Assembly: GCA_041690735.1 (NCBI GenBank)
Contig: JAWLGW010000001.1
Location: 1-26,958 of the forward strand
Length of the DNA: 26,958 nucleotides
Direction: 5' to 3'
From: Planctomycetota bacterium
Lineage (GTDB): Bacteria; Planctomycetota; J058
Below are positions 24,602-26,958 of this stretch, piece after piece. The stretch's first letter is position 1, and every line of letters begins with the position of its first letter. The notes below the pieces were generated by a model, which was not told the DNA's origin, searched no databases, and saw only the letters and a list, made by a program, of their open reading frames with translations. The position numbers were made by a program, and so were the translations under genes.

Positions 24602-26425
24602 ATGGCCGACTCGCCCCTGCAGATGCGCGACATTCGCTTCGTCCTGTTCGAGCACCTCGAGGTGCACGAGGAGGGCCTCGACCGGGACACCTTCGAGCAG
24701 TTCCTCGACGCGGGGTTCAACTTCGTGAGCGAGTTCCTGGCGCCGATCAACGCCGAGGGCGACCGCGTCGGCTGCGTGCGCCACGAGGACGGGTCGGTCA
24801 CCTCGCCGCCCGGCTACAAGCGGGCCCTCGACCAGTGGCGCGAGGACGGCTGGGGGAGCATGCCCCACCCCGAGGACCTCGGCGGGCAGGAGCTGCCGCA
24901 GACGCTGGTCACCGCCATGGACGAGCTGATCATTGGCTCGTGCTGCGCCTTCCACAACTACACCGGCCTCACCCGGGCCTGCGCCAACATGCTGGTCCGG
25001 CGGGCGAACGACGCCCAGAAGGAGACCTGGGCCAAGCCGCTGATCTCCGCCGAGTGGCAGGGCACCATGTGCCTCACCGAGAGCGGGGCCGGCTCCGACG
25101 TCGGCGCCTCGCGCACGACCGCCGAGCTGATCGAGGGCGACCGGTACGCGATCCAGGGCGAGAAGGTGTTCATCACCTCGGGCGACCACGACATGGTCGA
25201 CAACGTGGTGCACATCGTCCTGGCCCGGATCGAGGGCGACCCCGACGGGGTGAAGGGCCTGTCGATCTTCATCGTGCCCAAGCTGCGCCTCGACGGCGAC
25301 GGCCAGCCCACCATCCCGAACGACGTGTTCTGCGCCGGGATCGAGGAGAAGATGGGGATCCACGGCTCGGTGACCACCACCATGAAGTTCGGCGAGAACG
25401 GGGGGTGCGAGGGCTACCTGATCGGCGAGCCGCGCCAGGGCATCTCGATCATGTTCGACATCATGAACGAGGAGCGGGTCGTGGTCGGCCAGCAGGGCCA
25501 GGCCCTGGCCGCCACCGCCTACGGGCTGGCGCTGCGCTACGCCAAGGAGCGGGTGCAGGGCTCCTCGATCGCGAAGGGCAAGTCGCTCACCCAGGACAAG
25601 GTGGCGATCATCGAGCACCCCGACGTGCGCCGCATGCTGCTGACCGTGAAGTCCCAGAGCGAGGCGGCCCGGGCGCTGCTGTTCTGGACGGGGCACCTGC
25701 TGGAGCAGGAGGCCGCGGCCGAGGGCGAGGAGCGCCAGCGGATCGCCCGGCGGGTCGCCCTGCTGACGCCGATCTGCAAGGCCTGGGGCAGCGAGATCGG
25801 CTTCCAGGCCAGCTCCACCGCCATGCAAGTGTTCGGCGGCTACGGGTACTGCACCGAGTACCAGGTCGAGCAGCTGGTGCGCGACGCGCGGATCGCCTGC
25901 GTGTACGAGGGCACCAACGGGATCCAGGCCATCGACCTCCTGTTCCGCAAGGTGGCGGGCGACCGGGGCGAGGCCCTCAAGGAGCTGCTGGGCGAGATCG
26001 GCGCCTTCCTCGAGCAGAGCAGCGGCGCCAACGGGGGCGTGTTCGACCCCGAGCTGGTGGAGCTCGGCCGCCGGGCCAAGGAGGTCGGCGCCGTCGCCAT
26101 GCAGCTGGCGGGCGCCCTGGGCAGCAAGGACTTCGTGGGCGCCGCCCTGGGCGCGACCCCGTTCCTCACCCTGGCCGGCAACCTCGTCGGCGCCTACCTG
26201 CTCCTGCAGCAGGCGCTCATCGCCGAGTCCTGGCTGGCCGAGAACGGCGCCCCCGCCGACGCCGCCAAGCGGGCCGAGTGGGCGGCCGGCGACGACGAGA
26301 AGGGCTTCTACGCCGCCAAGGTGGAGACGGCCCGGTTCTTCGTGCACCAGGTCCTGAGCGAGAACGCCTGGCGCGCCGCCCAGGCCGCCTCGTCCGACCG
26401 CTCGGCCATGCACGCCGCCTTGTAG
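24602..26425 (+). CDS. Acyl-CoA dehydrogenase (long ~600-aa subfamily with C-terminal extension)
   Basis: GTMCLTESGAGSDVG, GEKVFITSGDHD, KGLSIFIVPK, IEEKMGIHGS, MFDIMNEER, QVFGGYGY..EY.VEQ..RDARI..VYEGTNGIQAIDL; SD AAGGAG. Confidence 0.95.
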   Translation: MADSPLQMRDIRFVLFEHLEVHEEGLDRDTFEQFLDAGFNFVSEFLAPINAEGDRVGCVRHEDGSVTSPPGYKRALDQWREDGWGSMPHPEDLGGQELPQTLVTAMDELIIGSCCAFHNYTGLTRACANMLVRRANDAQKETWAKPLISAEWQGTMCLTESGAGSDVGASRTTAELIEGDRYAIQGEKVFITSGDHDMVDNVVHIVLARIEGDPDGVKGLSIFIVPKLRLDGDGQPTIPNDVFCAGIEEKMGIHGSVTTTMKFGENGGCEGYLIGEPRQGISIMFDIMNEERVVVGQQGQALAATAYGLALRYAKERVQGSSIAKGKSLTQDKVAIIEHPDVRRMLLTVKSQSEAARALLFWTGHLLEQEAAAEGEERQRIARRVALLTPICKAWGSEIGFQASSTAMQVFGGYGYCTEYQVEQLVRDARIACVYEGTNGIQAIDLLFRKVAGDRGEALKELLGEIGAFLEQSSGANGGVFDPELVELGRRAKEVGAVAMQLAGALGSKDFVGAALGATPFLTLAGNLVGAYLLLQQALIAESWLAENGAPADAAKRAEWAAGDDEKGFYAAKVETARFFVHQVLSENAWRAAQAASSDRSAMHAAL

Positions 26426-26431
26426 GAGTCG

Positions 26432-26824
26432 GTGGAACCATCCCCCGACCCCGCGGGTGAGGATGGCGTGGACCCGCAGCCGGACCCGCCCCTCTCGACC
26501 CCCCTCTCGCGCCTTGGCGCCAGCGACGACTGGACCGACGGCTCGAGCGAAGAGACCGAGGCCAGTGAGCCGGAGCGCGCCGATCCGGGCGCGCCGGGCT
26601 CGCGCTCTGCTGCCGCCGAGGACGAGGACGGCGAGGACGAGGGCGGCGAGGGCGAGGGCGAGGAGGACGCCGCCGAGCCGCCGCTCGACGCCACGACGCG
26701 CGCCCGCCGCGCCCGCGAGCAGCGGGTGGCGCGCGAGAGCCTGGAGGCGAAGGTGGTAGTCGCCGGCGCCCTCCTGGGCGGCGTCACGGTGATCGTGATC
26801 ATGCTCCTGTTCGATCTGCTGTAG
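26432..26824 (+). CDS. Acidic disordered protein with a single C-terminal transmembrane helix (tail-anchored)
   Basis: SD AGGAG overlapping the ACAD stop; D/E-rich body; terminal VVVAGALLGGVTVIVIMLLFDLL. Confidence 0.6.
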   Translation: MEPSPDPAGEDGVDPQPDPPLSTPLSRLGASDDWTDGSSEETEASEPERADPGAPGSRSAAAEDEDGEDEGGEGEGEEDAAEPPLDATTRARRAREQRVARESLEAKVVVAGALLGGVTVIVIMLLFDLL

Positions 26825-26957
26825 CGCCGGGCGGCCACTCGATCCGCTCGTACAGCGCTCGCAGCTTGTCCCCCCGCGCCGGGTCGACCTGCTCGAACCA
26901 CGCCACCCGCCCCCGCAGGTGCGCCGCGAAATCCGGGTGACCGGCGCGGTTCTGGGT
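26799..26957 (-). CDS. C-terminal 52 aa of a probable retron-like reverse transcriptase (gene starts beyond the window; absent from the ORF track)
   Basis: Manual translation TQNRAGHPDFAAHLRGRVAWFEQVDPARGDKLRALYERIEWPPGATADRTGA-stop resembles, from memory, the tail of retron-type RTs of GC-rich bacteria. The YADD core is not visible. Confidence 0.6.
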   Translation of the reverse strand, partial: TQNRAGHPDFAAHLRGRVAWFEQVDPARGDKLRALYERIEWPPGATADRTGA

Positions 26958-26958
26958 C

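Noticed and set aside
24524-26460. ORFs 24524..26413 (-) and 24835..26460 (+)
   Set aside because: Shadows of the acyl-CoA dehydrogenase.

Overview
Very GC-rich (roughly three-quarters G+C by eye, not computed) chromosomal window from a diderm bacterium. An OprO/P-type porin and lipoproteins support diderm; the gene content suggests Planctomycetota, with Myxococcota as the alternative (inference). No rRNA, tRNA, CRISPR array or transposase was seen, and most long ORFs in the six-frame track are GC shadow frames. Left to right: a 5'-truncated MutS2-family ATPase with no Smr tail, an FG/GFPG-repeat protein, two hypotheticals, a Ycf46-type AAA+ / DUF1257 / DUF2997 triad with a palindromic element inside it, a pentapeptide-repeat protein, a membrane protein, a large secreted acidic repeat protein, divergent carbamate kinase and adenosine deaminase genes, a gluzincin-like lipoprotein with altered metal ligands, a Zn-ribbon/FHA protein, two small hypotheticals and a porin. 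Next come a PafA/Dop (Pup-ligase) family enzyme with a hydrophobic insertion directly downstream of a small disordered ORF ending in GGGE, a TPR-GAF sigma54 activator with a winged-helix tail, a gingipain (C25) lipoprotein with a near-consensus sigma54 promoter, two tandem prokaryotic RING-finger paralogs, an acyl-CoA dehydrogenase, a tail-anchored protein and the C-terminus of a probable retron-like reverse transcriptase. The best candidate for an undescribed system is a membrane-associated pupylation-like module (GGGE-tailed modifier plus membrane-embedded PafA-like ligase, 16469-18917). All family calls come from motifs recognised by eye; no database search was run.
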